In this document: positions 1 to 13,815 of the stretch, one piece after another
Numbering within the stretch: the stretch's first letter is position 1
How the letters are laid out: each line of letters begins with the position of its first letter
NCBI RefSeq assembly: GCF_963921235.1
Contig: NC_086097.1
Location: forward strand, 213,716,001-213,780,000
Source of the DNA: Mobula hypostoma
Lineage: Eukaryota
DNA: 64,000 nt
Direction of reading: 5' to 3'
Program-made: the position numbers and the translations under genes
Notes under the pieces: generated by a model
Seen by the model: the letters and a program-made list of their open reading frames with translations, nothing else
What the model was told of the DNA's origin: nothing
Database searches by the model: none

Positions 1-1800
1 TTGGTTTTTAAAAGCTTCCTAATCCTTTAACGTTCAGTTAATTTTAGCACTATTATATGCCCTCTCTTTAGCTTTTATGTTAGCCTTGACTTTGCTAGTC
101 AGCTATGATTGCATCATCCTACCTTTAGGATACTTCTTCTTCTCTGGGATGTATCTATCCTCCACCTTCCAAATTGCTCCCAGAAATTCCAGCCATTGCT
201 GCATAGTATCATCCCTGCTAGCTTCCCCTTCCAATCAACTTCAGCCAGCTCCTCTCTCATGCCCCTTTAATTCCTTTTACTCTACTGCAATACTGATACA
301 TCTGACTTTAGCTTTTCCCTCTCAAATTGCACAGTGAATCCTATCATATTATGATCACTGCCTCCGAAGAGTTCCCTTACCTAAGCTCCCTAATCAAATC
401 CTGTTCATTACTCAACACCCAATCCAGAATAGCTGATCCCTAGTGGGCTCAATCACAAGCTGCTCTAGGAAGCATTTTGTAGGCATTCTACAAATTTCTC
501 ATCTTGGGATCTGGCAATAACTGATTTTCCCAATCTATCTGCATATTGAAATCCCCCATGATGATTGTAAGAGTGGCCTTTTGACATGTGTATTCTATCT
601 CCTATTGTAATTTGTAGACCACATCTATTCACAAGGATTCTACACCTTCTGATTCTCTGTCACTTCTTTCTAAGGATTTGATTTCCTGCTTTTACCAACA
701 GAGCCACCACACCCATTCTGCCACAAACAAGACAAAACCTGCAGATGCTGGAAATCTGAGCAACACACACCAGATGCTAGAGGAACTCAGCATCTATGGA
801 AAAAAGTATAGTCGACTTTTCGGTCTGAAACCCTTCTGCAGGACTGGAGGAAGAAAAAAGCTGAGGAGTAGATTTAAAAGATGGGGGGAGGGGAGAGAGA
901 ACTGCCAGGTGATAGGTGAAATCTGGAGGGGGAGGGATGAAGCAAAGAGCTGAAGAGATGAGGTGAAAGAGAGAAAAGGAGATGGGAAATGGGGACGGGG
1001 TGGTGTTTATTGGGGGCCATTACCGGAAGTTCGGGAAATCGGTGTTCATGCCATCAGCCTGGAGGCTGCCCAAACAGAATATAAAGTGTTGTTTCTCCAA
1101 TATATTGGCCTCATCGTGACAGTGAAGAAGGCCAGGGATGGATATATCAGAATGGGAATGGGAAGTGGAATTCCCATTCTGCCTACCTGCCTATCCTTCT
1201 GATACAATGTGTATCCTTGGATGTTAAGTTCCCAGCTAAAATTTTCCTTCAGCCATGATTCTGTGATGTCCACAAGTCATACTACCTCTAACTGTACTAC
1301 AATTTCATCTACCTTATTCTGTATACTGCATGCATTCAAATATAACCCCTCCAGTCCTGTATTCATCACCGTTTTCGATTTTGTCCACTTTTTACATTCC
1401 AACATATCCCACTGGCTGAAATTTTGCCCTAACATATGCCTGTCCTTGCTAGCAGTCTCACTACACATTGCTTTTGTTTGTAAGCCAACTGTTCCATCCT
1501 CAGCCCTATCACTCCGGTTCCGATCCCTGTTGAATTAGTTTAAATCCTCCCGAAGAGCTCTACCAAACCTGTCTGCAAGGATGGTTGGTCCCCTTCGGGT
1601 TCAGGTGTAACAAATCCCTTTGGTATAGGTCGTACCTTTCTCAGAAGAGATCCCAGTGATCCAGAAATCTGAATCCCTGTCCCCTGCACCAGTCCCTCAG
1701 CCACTCATTTATCTGCCAAATGTTTCCATTCTTACCCTTGCTGGTATGTAGCACAGGCAGCAACCGAAGATTGCTACCCTGGCAGTCCTGCTTTTCAGCT
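1..1800 (-). mobile_element. Decayed CR1 LINE (ORF2 endonuclease/linker and end of ORF1), split by a Penelope insertion at 723-1172
   Basis: Minus ORFs 1277-1468 (LYLNACSIQNKVDE) and 1046-1273 (ITESWLKE...LNIQGYTLYQKDRQVG) are APE endonuclease motifs. Bases 1-700 resemble the CR1 segments at 57.4-58.9 kb. Confidence 0.85.
723..1172 (-). mobile_element. Penelope-like element 3' fragment (GIY-YIG C-terminus plus terminal repeat with a degenerate hammerhead)
   Basis: Flanked by an 11-bp duplication CCCATTCTGCC (712-722 and 1173-1183). Minus strand reads approximately EKQHFIFCLGSLQADGMNTDFPNFR*, homologous to 33330-33445. Confidence 0.85.
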
Positions 1801-2089
1801 TCAAACTCTAACACACCTCTGACGATGTATTAGAAGAAACCCAGTCCAGTGAGGAAGTGCAGAAGAATTCCTTTAATGGAGCATTTACATATTTTATGTG
1901 TCAAATGGGTACACATAAGTTCTGCTATTGGTATATATAAAGGAGTTGGTTTGTCAGATTTAATTCAGAATATAAAATATTGGAAATACTCAGGAGGTCA
2001 GGCAGCAACTGAGGACAGCTGAAAAGAGTTAATGTTTCTAGTTGATTGTCTTTCTAGCAAATTTCTAGATATTAAAGATTCGAGCAAAT

Positions 2090-2555
2090 GTCTACAGATG
2101 TAAAGTGGAGAGCATTCTGACTGGTCCATTGCCATCTAGTATGGTGACTAAATGCACGGATTGAGGGCTGTAGACTCAACCAGACCCATCACAGACATAA
2201 GCCTCCCCACCAATGAGGACATCTTCAAAGGGCGATGCCTCAAAGTGACATCCATCATTAAGAACCCTCAGCATCCGAGATATGTCCTCTTCTCTTTGCT
2301 ACCAGCATGGAGAAGGTACATGAGCCTGAAGGTGTACCCTCAGTATTTTAGGAACAGCTTCTTCCCCTCTACCATCAGATTTATGAATGGTCCATGAACC
2401 CATGGACAAATCCTCACTATTCCTCTATTGCTCTGTTCATTCATTTTATATCTCATTTTAACTGAAAGTACTTTTCATGTCATGTATTTTACTGCTGACA
2501 CGAAACAAATTTCCCAACATATATCAGTGATAACAAACTTGATTCTAATTCTGAT
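2090..2555 (+). mobile_element. Rex1/Babar LINE 3' fragment
   Basis: ORF 2152-2397 has the C-terminal motif IIKNPQHPRYVLFSLLPAWRRY...RNSFFPSTIRFMN; ends in a short (ATTCT)n-like tail. Confidence 0.75.
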
Positions 2556-2569
2556 TTTTTTATGTTGCT

Positions 2570-2790
2570 TCAGAGATGGGCACGTATCTAAAGACCTTTT
2601 GCTTGGATATCTTGTAAATGCTTCAAGGCTGCTTAGCTAACCTTTGCTTGGTTGTAAAGAAACTCAGAAAAAGAACATGAAAATGTTAACATGGATACAA
2701 CAAGCTGCAAAGTTTTGTTAACAGTAAGCCAGCGAGGAGAGCTGAGTTGGATTGGAAGCCAAAAAGGTTGAAGAGACTTGTCTTAGAGAG
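2570..2790 (+). mobile_element. Highly decayed RTE-clade LINE C-terminal fragment
   Basis: DGHVSKDLLLGYL resembles the RTE motif DGRIPKDLLYGEL. Confidence 0.4.
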
Positions 2791-3852
2791 AGGGGAAGAA
2801 ATGAAGAGGCAGGAAGAAAGTGCAGTACATCCCAGGCAGAAACTGCATGAACTTCATTTTGTGGCCATGACTTATGACTGGATCACCAGTGCCACTGATT
2901 GTTGCCCAAGAATTGAATTCACAATTACTCAGAATGTTGCTTTAAGTGTTATATAATCTTTTAACTAGACTTACAAAAGTATATTGTTTCTTATTGACCT
3001 TTTGCACCACTCTTAAATTTATTCTGGTGCCGTGGATGTTTGACAGCACAGTGTTGTCGTGAGATGGATGAAGGAAGCTCTTGTTTCAGAGCTCTGAAGT
3101 CTCAAGGGGACTTGACATGAGACTGTGTTTCTGTTAAAGTGGAATCTTATAACCTGACACCAACATGAACAGGCGTCTGAGAAGGCCAACTGGAGAAGTA
3201 ATATGAGCTGTTATTATTGATATAGGAGCAAGCCAGTCCATGACAGTATCTGAAAGACCTCAGCTATTTTCTGCGGAAGTGAAGTAAAACTATATTGGGT
3301 TCATGTGCTGGAGTTTCAGGAGGATGGAGGGAGTGATCTATTCTGTTGCGAGAAGACAGGATGAATCCAATTGCATATCATAGGCTATAAAAATATATCA
3401 ACAGGCATTGGAACAGACTAAACTGAGGCTGTTATTCTGAAATAACATAGTATTAGGAATTGAGGAGATCTGGGAGCTATTTACGATATTGGTGAGCACT
3501 GGCCTTGCCCAAGCAGACCACTGGTCAATCAGGCTAGGCAGTCACCAACAGATCTTCAGAGAATGGGCAGGTTATAGTCTAGAGCACTTTTGAACTAGTG
3601 ATTGAAGGCCATAGACTGATGGCAATTACCTAGGTCGGTGAGGGAACGGACAACTACGAATGGAGTGCCATGACTAAAGATGCAGGCTGGTTACTGATTA
3701 GTGCAGATCGTGCTGCCTTGGCACTGCTGCAGGTAGAAGGTGATGACAGTCGATCTGCTGATGTGAACCTTGAGCAGAAAGAAGAACAAAGCTGTTAAAT
3801 GCTTGAGCTACCCAGGAAAAGGTAGAAGCAAATGTCACATATTAAGAAATGG

Positions 3853-3887
3853 AGTCCTGATGAAGGGCCTCGGGCCGAAACGTTGAC
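3853..3887 (+). ncRNA. Minimal type I hammerhead ribozyme motif at the start of a Penelope terminal-repeat fragment (about 3853-3950)
   Basis: AGTC-CTGATGA-AG-GGCC(TCG)GGCC-GAAAC-GTT-GAC: core boxes CUGAUGA and GAAA, 4-bp stem II, stem I GTC/GAC, NUH triplet GUU. Confidence 0.75.
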
Positions 3888-5260
3888 AGTTTACTCTTTT
3901 CCATAGATGCTGCCTGGCCTGGTGAATTCCGCCAGCATTTTGTATGCATTGTACTAAAGACATTGAACGTAACGTTTTCTCTCATCAAGCCAAAGGCTAT
4001 GGGGAAGCAACATGGCAGTGAATGGGCACATGATTATCTCCAAGAGTAGTTTTACAGTACAAAGGGGGCGGATAATATGAACAAGTGTTCTTTCAGAGCC
4101 ACGAAAAGCATTCCAGTGGCAGTCTTTAAAGGTCATAAATTTGTTGCATTGTCTGCAAATCAGAGCTGCGTATTTGTTTGTTTCATTACAGGTCATCAGG
4201 CTAAGTAGGTACTGCATCACTCTTGGATAGAAGGTGTCAATTACTGAAGTACCTGCAATGTCCACCAAATGGTTGATAAACAGACCTGCAAAGCAGAGAG
4301 GCAGTCAGCAAATTAGTTCAAGATGAAGTGTCCTAGAGGGAAGGACATTCCAAGTTGAAGGTCAGGAGAAGATAGTCCAAAGGAATTGCTGGCACAGTGG
4401 CTCTCATCTCAGAGTAATGGGACTATTTTGCAGACTTCGATGGCAACCATCTTAGGGAAAGAGTAAGTAATCTATTTGAATGGCATGAGAGAGTTTGTTC
4501 TCCAAGGTTTCAGGCCTATTACTCAGCCACTACTAGAGCTGAGAAACAAGGATGAAGTCAAAGGCTTGGCATGACGTGATATGGTGAGGTGATGTTAATT
4601 GAGCCTGGCACAGATGGTAGATAACAAGGTTGCAAACATGATTCTAGGGAAGAGTTCAGTGTCTATAAGGTGCTTGATATTTACACAAATGACTGGATGA
4701 ACTGAATCAAATGCTGATGAAGTTGTATTATAAAGGGACTACAGTGCAATGTGCAGGCAGTTTCAGCTCTGTGGGATGTTGCAGAAGGCATAGACTTCCT
4801 GATATCAACCTAGTACAGCATAACCAGAATATGCAGATGCAAAGCGAAAGTCTTATCAGAGCTGAAAGCTGTGTAGACAATAAAAGGCAAGGAAGGAAGG
4901 GAAGACATGTTTTGACTTCAAACAAGACAGCTGGAAGGAGGAAAGATTTGATATCATCAGTGAATCAGAGTGGAGTCAGGATCCAAGATGATCTGAAAGC
5001 GGAAGACAAATATGAAAAAGCTTAGTAAGCAACCAAGACAGAAACTCATATGCCAGAGTTTGTGATGCAAGGTAATGTACCAAATGCAACACCAAAGTTC
5101 AACTAGCATTGTTATTGATAAGGGTTATTCACCTGTATTTTGTTTTATGCAGATGGTTTAGTGCATTTAGATGATACTAGAACTTGCTTACAGCTTTGTA
5201 ATAAATATGAATCTAATGCAATATGAATTACAGCTATAAACTGATGCAAATAATTAAAAG

Positions 5261-6330
5261 CTCAAAGTTCAAAGTACATGTATGTCACCATATACAATCC
5301 TGAGATTCATTTTCTTGTGGATATACTCAATAAATCTATAAAAGAATAATATTCCTAATAGAATCAATGAAAGACCACACCAACTTGTGTGTTTAACCAG
5401 TGTGCAAAAGACAAAAATCTGTGCAAAATACAAAAAAGAAAGAAATAATAAATAAATAAATAAACAAACAAACAAGCAAAAAATATTGAGAACATGAAAT
5501 GAAGAGTCCTTGAAAATGAGTCCATAGGTTGTAGAAACATTTTAATGAAGTTATTCCCTTTGGTTCAAGTGTCTGATGGTGGAGAGGTAATAACTATTCA
5601 TGAACCTGGTGATGTGAGTCCTGAGGTTCCTGTACCTTCTTCCTGATGGCAGCAGCAAGAAGAGAGCATGTCAGGGTGGTGGGTATCCCTGATGATGGAT
5701 GCTGCCTTCCTGCAACAGCGCTTCGTTAGATATGCTCAGTGGTATGGAGGATTTTACCCTTAATAGACTGGGCCACGTCCGCTACTTATTGTAGGATTTT
5801 ATGTTCAAAGTCACTGGTGTTTGCATACCAGGCTGTTTTGCAGCCAGTCAATATACTCTCCACTGCACATCTATATAAGTTTGTCAAAGTCTTATATGTC
5901 ATGCTGAATGTTTGCAAGCTCCTAAGGAAGTAGAGATGCTGCCATGCTTTCTTCATAATCACACCTTAAATGCTGGGCCCAAGACAGGCCCTCTGAAATA
6001 TTAAGGCAGGAATTCAAAGTTGGTGACCCTCTCCACCTCTCATCCTCTGATGAGGACTGGCTCATGGACCTCTGGTTTCCTTCACCTGAAGTCAATAATC
6101 AGCTCCTTGGTTTTGCTGATATTGAGTTGTTGCTAATGCATCACTCAGCCAGACTTTCAATCTTCCTCCTACTGCTGATTCGCCATCACCTTTGATTCAA
6201 TGTCTGAAAGTGGAGTCGTCAGCAAACTTGAATATGACATTGGAACTGAGCTTAGCCATGCAGACATAAGTGTAAAGCTAGTAGAGCAGGGGGCTAAGCA
6301 CACAACCTTGTTATACACCTGTGCTGATTA
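5261..6330 (-). mobile_element. Rex1/Babar LINE 3' portion
   Basis: (TTTGAAC)-type tail on the minus strand at about 5261-5275; RT box FKFADD at 6210-6235; homologous to the copies at 39-41 kb and 50.8-52.8 kb. Confidence 0.85.
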
Positions 6331-6589
6331 ACTGATTATACAGATTTAATTAGTAATAGCTGAAGTCTTTTTGGCTTTATATTTTGAAAAGGAGGAAATT
6401 GAATGTGCACTTTTTAAGAACTATGTCTGCTATGTGGTATCACTGTGGCTCTTTATACCAAACAACCCACCAGAAACTCATTTGATCGCTAGTAGCTTCA
6501 TTCGCTGAGTTCTTCATTGTAGGTTGCTCTTGACATCACTGGAGCACACATTCTGGGCAGGTTTAACTCTAGTGCACTATTCCTTACAA

Positions 6590-6990
6590 TGAGCCTATGA
6601 CACAAAGGTTGGTGGAGTTGCAAACAGTAAAGAAGGTTGTCCAAGATATAGCAGGACATGGATCAGTTACAGATATGAGCAGAGAAACAGCAGGTAGGGT
6701 TAAAACTGTGCAAATGAGAAGAGTTGCACTTTGAGAGATCAAATGTATGGCAAAAGTATACGGTCGATGACAGGACAGTTGATAGCATTGAGGTACAGAG
6801 GGATCTTGGGGTCCAAGTCCATCGCTCCCTGAAAGTGGCCATGTAAGTAGATCAGGTGGTGAAGAAGACATGTGGCATGCTTGCTTGCACTGCTCAGGGC
6901 ATTGAGTATATGAGTCAGTAAAGCATGTTACAGCTGTATGAAACTTCGGTTAGGCTGTACTTGGAGTATTGTGTGCAATTCTGAACCAGA
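6590..6990 (+). mobile_element. CR1 RT fragment
   Basis: Homologous to 26830-27210 (DTKVGGV ... LEYCVQF). Confidence 0.75.
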
Positions 6991-7074
6991 AACCTATCTG
7001 GATTAGACATGTAAGTACTGCGGCTATAAGAGCAAATCAATGGCTTGATATCTTGTAATCAGAAACTCAGATCC

Positions 7075-7920
7075 TGGCTTTCAAATGCCTTTCCACCGAA
7101 AGCAAGACACAAGTCAGATGCATGATGGAATATACTTTCTCTCTCTGAATGAATGCAGTGTTAGTGACACTTAAGATCTTCAGTACAATCCAGGGCAAAT
7201 CAACCCACTTTGCTCTCAACCTTCTTGAAATGTGCTCCCTCCACCACCAGCACATAGTGGCTTGGTGTAGATTCTAGTCACCAGAATATCTGGCATATGG
7301 CTACCCAAAATAATGGCACATCTAGAAAGGCACTAAACAGCTCATGTCTCTACAAAAGCAGCAAAAGGAAGTCCAGGGAAAATAGAGGAAGGTGTGCAAC
7401 ATCTTCCAAACAATTCACCAGCTGTATTTATTTATACATATATCAGGTTGAGAGGCAGGCTATTATTCATTGCCCAAATGTAAATTCCTTGAACTGAGTT
7501 GCTTTCATGGGGATCCCTCCTGATCCCACTGTGGCAACCTTCTGAGCTTGATTGAGCCCATCAGCCAATTCAAAAACCACAGACCTGCCATGGAAGCAAG
7601 CCATCCTCGTTCTTTAGCAATGATGTAAGAAGAGAAGACAATGTTACCCATGATGCAAAGCTTTCCTAGCAGAAATCGCTCAAGTATACAAGCTGCCTAG
7701 AAGGATAAGGCAACAATTTCATGGGAACGCCATCACTTGTAGGTTCACTTCCAAGTCACAGACTGTCATGATTTTTTTGCTTTTCTGGCATCATTCTACC
7801 TTAATGCACTCATCAGAATCTTCACAATATTTGTTGTTGTGGATCAAGAACCTGATTCCCAAGATAATTAAGGATCACAACTGAATTCCAATTTCTCAGC
7901 AACACCAGCAAATGACTACT
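7075..7920 (+). mobile_element. Old CR1/L2-like LINE 3' fragments, interrupted
   Basis: caagacacaagtcagatgcatgatggaatatac reads like the C-terminal KAQVRSVMEY motif; continues at about 7690-7920. Confidence 0.5.
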
Positions 7921-10309
7921 GAATTAACAAAAAAAAATTAATATCTGTTTTTTCCATAGTAAATGAAACTTCAGCAGAGTCCTGAACTTGAAACATTATT
8001 TCTGTTCCTCTTTCCGCAGATGCTGCCTGATCTGCTAAGTGTTTCTAGCATTTCCTGTTCTGATCAATTGTTAGATCCCATCTGTGGGAGTTGGGAAATA
8101 TGTCAGAGAATAGAAGAGGTCACTTACAGTAAAATTTTTAAATAATAACATGATGGCATCTCTGTTAGTGAGGCTGAAACTATAATCAACTTAATTCTTA
8201 ATATGATATCTATATAATTTTATTTTCAAAGAATGCGGAACAACATTAGTCACATTTGTGGGGGGGGGGGCTGCTAGGGTCATCTGGAACTTTACAAGAA
8301 AAATATTAAAGCATGTTAATTTTTAAAGTCATGTCCCCTAATTCTGTCCACTGTATGTGCTTGCTTTATAGCTAGGCTGTTATTTTAAAGACAAGTCACG
8401 TGCAAAATGTTTTCCCACTGAGGACCCTTTTTGTTCCACATCATTCCCCACATAATTGAAGCTCTCTGAGTCAGTTTTGCTAATGTTGTCCTATATGCCA
8501 ATGCAGTAAGTAAAATATTGTTAGTGATATTCTAAATGAGTTTGTAGAATTAAGGTAATTTGTTTCCTATTTTATTTAAATCCCTCTAGACGCATTTCCA
8601 CACTTGAAATGCCCTGATGGCAACAGCTTTGAATTCATTAGGCCCAATAAATAACTAACTAATCTCTTTCCAAATCATTTCTTGTCAACGCTGAAAGCAA
8701 TTCATAGCTTACATTGCTTCATACTGCTACAGTGGGCATTATCTCACAGTTAGTTACACTGATTTGTCCTAACTGCTAAATTTGAACAGGTTCTTTAGAA
8801 TGCGAGCATATTGCCACCAGATATTTGGTTGTATAACTTGATATTGTCTTTATATATCACTGATTACTCAAGTAACCAAAAGGACACATTAAGAACAAGT
8901 TTGATGGAATCCATGAATGTGTGACTGAATGAAATATCTTTTATTGATAACATTACATTCAACAGTTGCTGATAAAATCCTACTAGATTATGAACACAGA
9001 AGGAATCTTAATGTAATTTGACATATTGCTCTTCACTGTCATCAAATTACACTACAGATTTCTTGCAAAAATATTTCATTTATGGTCATCCAACCATAAG
9101 TCAAGATTGTAAAAGTCTGAATGTCATGACAATAAAAGTTAGTTGGACACAGCAATCAGATTTAGGATTAAAGATAAATAATTCTGAGAAAATGTTTTCA
9201 AAATCTATCTCAGCAACTTTCTTTTGCGCTCTTTAAAACCGTTGTTTCTCCTCCCCGTGCATCTACTTCTTGCTGAGCCTTAATGAATCAAATAGATGAA
9301 TGATGTTGTGCAGTGAAACTTCAGCCAAAAAAGCAACGATTAGGAGTCAGGAAATATTTATGATGTTGGAGTTAATTGCCTCAGCTATCATTTAATTTGT
9401 TTTACTTAACAATAGTGTTTGTTGTTAGTTCATAAGTAGTTAATTAAGACATTATGTAAACCAGAATGGCTGAAAAAAGAGGGTAAAAAATGAATGATTC
9501 CTGAATGAAAAATATATGCTTACTGATACTTTGTTTGCAGGTCTTATATAAACAGTATAGCATTCTGTTGTGCTTAAGGAAATATTATTTTTAATATTAC
9601 ATGCATTTAACACATTTTATGCTAAATAATTATCCACAAAATAAATTATAATTCTAACTAAATTACTGGAGAGTTACGTACAGAGAAATAAATCATTTTA
9701 ACTAAAAACAATAGTCTAACATGAATTGGCATACCATTCTAGTAATATACTCATCTTGTTCTTCCATTTATATTATAATTTAGTAAGCAGCTAATTGGAA
9801 ACTGCTTGTTTTATATCCTTAACTAAAGCTAAGATAGCTGCTGAGGAAATAGTCTGTGTATAGAAATGGGAGTGAGAAGGGCTTGATGCGGTAGAACAGT
9901 GAACCAAATTAAGGGGCATGCATGAGAGAGATGAAGAAAAGGAGTCGAGGGGTCATGTGGTGGTGGGGTGGGATGGCATTTTGGAGAGACTAGTGATGTC
10001 CAATAATGCAAATTCTCACAAGATTGTTAATGGTGTTTTTAGTGTAGTGAGGGAGAACGGTGGTGGGGGCTAGTGTTGGGGTGGGAGTATAAGGGTGGGA
10101 AAGAAGAAGTTAAGGTATATCCTAGTGTAGAGGTCTGTCAAATATTTGAGATGGCTTCTACATTAGTCTGGGGTATCAGTTGCGAAGTTCCTAAAACCGG
10201 ATACTGTTGCAGTTCAAAAGATGGTTGGATGCTGGGTTATGGATCTCATGTGCAGAATGGTCTCCTGAAACTCATTTTTATTAGCTTTATGTAGACGAAG
10301 TTTCGTTGC

Positions 10310-12938
10310 CAAGGTGGAAGCGAGCCAGGAGGGGTGAATTCAAGCCAAACTAAATGTAGAGGGATGAGGCCTCTCCATCCAGAATCTTGTTAGCAAATGT
10401 GCAGTTGCTGGAGAGCAAAACTGAGGACCTGAGGGCAAGATCACTGTATTGAAGAGAAATGAGAAACTGTTGTGTTCTGTGTTTTACTGAGACATAGCTT
10501 ACTTGGAGATAGGTTGAACAGATCTGAAGGCTTTTTGATTCACAGGATGGACTGATCTGCTGATTCAGAAAAGGCAAAAGGTGGAGCTGTGTATTTCATG
10601 ATAAACTCTCTGTGGTGCTCCCATATGGCAGTTTTGTTGAACTTGTGATCCCATGACCTTAAACATCTAACAATCAAATGCTGACCGTGTTCTCCACCAG
10701 GATACTGACCTCAGTTTAGAAACAACCAGCAGCTGACAATAATCAAGCATTTGAGACACTGCACGATGCTGTCATGAAACAAGAGGCAGTCCACCCTGAT
10801 GCAATTCATATCATAGTCAGGGAATTCAGTCAGTCTTGTTTGAAGAAATCTCTGCCCACTTCCCATCAGCATAGCACCAGAGGTCCCAACACACTAGACC
10901 ACAGCTATGCTAAGTTAAAGAATGCCTATCGTTCCATGCCTGGTCCACATTTCAGGAAATTTGATCACTTGGCTGTTCTTCTCCTACCCGCATACAGGCT
11001 GAGGCTAAAGATTAAGGCTCCGGAGATTTGGAAAACAAAGAGGTAGTCACAGGAGGCAACGGACTGGGGTATGTTCAAGGACTCCTCTGTGGATTTGAAT
11101 GAATACACCATGGTCGTAGATGAGTGTGCCCCCACAAGATCATACAGTGTCTTCCCCAGTCAGATGCTCCAGATGAACCATGAGATCAGCAGTCTACTGA
11201 AGGCCAGATCAGAAGCATTCAAGTCTGGCGACCAAGTAAGTTACAAAAGGTGCAGGTATGATCTCCAGAAAGCCATCTCATGAATGAAGCGATAATTCTG
11301 GACTAAACTTAAATCAATGATGTATACTCAACAGCTGGAGGCAGGGCTTGAATGCTCTCACCTCTTACAAAGTGAAATCAAATGACATACAGTAGATTAA
11401 ACAAGGCTTCACTTCGAGATGAGCTCAATGCCTATGTTCATTTCACCATCAAAAGCTGAAGAACCATCATGAACTCCTACAAGCCCCGATGTTCCTGTGA
11501 TTGCAATCTCTGAAGCTGAGATGAGAGTGACCTTCAGGAATGTAAACCCACAGAAAGCATCTGCCCCAAATGGGCTACCTGACCAAGCACTAGAGACCTG
11601 TGCTGATCAACTGGCTGGAGTGTTCACTGAGATCTTTAACCTCTTGCTTCGGCAGTCTGAGGTACCCAGCTGCTTCAAGCAGGCTTCAATTATACCGGTG
11701 CCTAAGAAGAAAATGGTAACCTTCCTCATTGACTATTGTCCAGATACACTTACATCCACAGTTTTGAAGTGCTTTGAGAGGTCAGTGATGGAACATATCA
11801 TGTCCTCCCTAAGAAGCCAATTGGATCTGTTTCAATTTGCTTAAGACACAATAGTAGAAGCCATATCACTGGTTCATTACTCAAGCCTGGACAGCAAACC
11901 TGCATACATCAAGATACTCTTTATCGACTACAGCTCAGCATTCAATACTATCATCTCCACAACTAATCAATAAACTTCAAGAACTTGGCCTCAAAACCTC
12001 CTTGTGCAATTAGATCTTTGATTTCTTCACTTACAGATCCAAGTGAGTTTGGATTGGTAACAACATCTCCACAGCCTCCATTGTCATAGGTGCACCAGAA
12101 AGCTTTGTGCTTCGCCCCCTACTCTACTCACTTCAGACTTATGATACAATGGCTAAGCAGAGTTACAATGCCATATTCAAGTTTGCTGATGACACCACTG
12201 CCGCAGGCAGAATCTAAGGTAGTGACGAATCAGCATATAGGAGGGAGACTGAGAACCTGTCTGAGTGGTGTCATAGGAATAGCTTCTCACTCAATGTCAG
12301 TAAGACCAAAGAACTGATTATTGACTTCAGGAGGAGGAAATCAGAGTTCCATGAGCCAATTCTCATTGGGGGATTAGAGATAGAGAGGATCAGCAACTTG
12401 AAATTCCTCCATTTTATCATTTCAGCATGTACGTGCAATGAGAAGGGAAGCACGGCAGTGCTTCTACTTCCTTAGAAGTTTTCAAAGAGTCGGCAATGCA
12501 CCTAAAGCTTTGACAATTTCTCTATTAACTGGCTGCATCATAGCTAGGTCCGGAAATACCAATGCCCTTGAAGTGAAAATCCTACAAGTTGTGGATATGG
12601 CCCGGTCCATCATGGGTAAAGCCCTCTGCACCATTCAACATATCTACACATTGCACATTATGATTACTGTATGTTATGTGTGTTTGGAATGGCTATATGA
12701 GTTAAGTAATTTGTTCTTGCTTGTTTATCCTGTACTATTATATCAAGACAATTATTATGGATTGTCTTATCTTTTATAATGGATCGGTCCTAATATAATT
12801 TGTGGAATGCTGGCTCTATATCTGGAGCAGGTTTGTATTATCATTAGTATTTTCTTTTCTTTCTTTTTGTATTTGCACAGTCTGTTGTCTTTTGCACACT
12901 ATTATTCTAGTTTGATAATAAATTTACTTTGAACTTTG
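10310..12938 (+). mobile_element. Rex1/Babar LINE, near full length but decayed (APE endonuclease plus RT)
   Basis: ILLANVQ start motif; STRGPNTLDH and DHLAVLLLPAYR endonuclease motifs; ORF 11497-11844 RT N-terminus (CFKQASIIPVPKK); FKFADD at about 12175; tail TTTACTTTGAACTTTG ending at about 12938. Confidence 0.9.
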
Positions 12939-13034
12939 GCCAGTTGAAGCTGAACTATCTTAATTACATTATTTGAATTGGCCCAGCATTTTTTAATGTT
13001 TCTTCTGCTATTGCTTTAGTGTTGGTGGCTCATT

Positions 13035-13500
13035 CATAAGAACATGAGAGACTTGAACAAGTATATGCTAATTGCCTCATTGAGCGTATTCCTTCCATTC
13101 AATAGGATCATGACTGTTCAAACTTTGCTGTCAAGGATACGTTCCCGTTCTCTCCCCAGACTTCTCAATACACTTGTAATTGAAATGTCTATCAATCTCC
13201 ACTTCAATTAGTTTCAATGATCCCACCTTAACAGCTCTCTAGGATGGAGGGTTGCAAACACTCATGAGTCTCTAAAGGACAAAATTTCTCCTCTTCGATG
13301 AGCAACACCTTATTCTGACAATATGGCTTCTAATTCTAGATACCCATACAAGGGAAAATCCTGGCAACCTTATATATTTCAGACCAAAACTGTACACAAT
13401 GCTTCAGATGTTGTGTAGTCATTATCAGCACTTTGTAAAGTTAGATCAAAACTTCCCCACTTCTTTACTCCATGCTCTTTGCGATGATGGCCTTACTAAA
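13035..13500 (-). mobile_element. Old CR1 3' fragment
   Basis: Begins with the reverse-complement CR1 tail (cataagaacat...) followed by decayed 3' sequence. Confidence 0.5.
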
Positions 13501-13537
13501 TTTTTGTGTTGCAATGAGGTCCTCACTTGTATAATAG

Positions 13538-13675
13538 ATTCTGCAGATGCTGGAAATTCAGAGTAACACATAGAAGATGCTGGAGGAACTCAGCAGGTCA
13601 GTCAGCATCTATGGAAAGGAATGAAGAATTAACATTTTTCATCAGGACTGAAAAGGAGGACGGAAGTGGCCAGAT
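13538..13675 (-). mobile_element. Penelope terminal-repeat fragment, hammerhead partly deleted
   Basis: ctgcagatgctggaaat...gctggaggaactcagcagg...catctatgga...tcatcaggact, the same repeat as 723-850. Confidence 0.75.
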
Positions 13676-13815
13676 TACCACTTAGTAGCTTCAGGAATCA
13701 TGCCCTCTAACTCTCATAGGAGTGGAAAGGCCAGGATTGCTAAAAGGCTGCCTGCAGTTGAAATGTTATGGTTCATCCTATATTTTGAAGGAAATGGGTT
13801 GTCTTGTAGAACGTG

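Noticed and set aside
3000..4700. Possible very old LINE remnant
   Set aside because: Only scattered hints of CR1-like sequence; I could not support boundaries or family.
8258..8270. Poly-G run (another at about 28236-28246)
   Set aside because: Simple homopolymers with no supporting structure.
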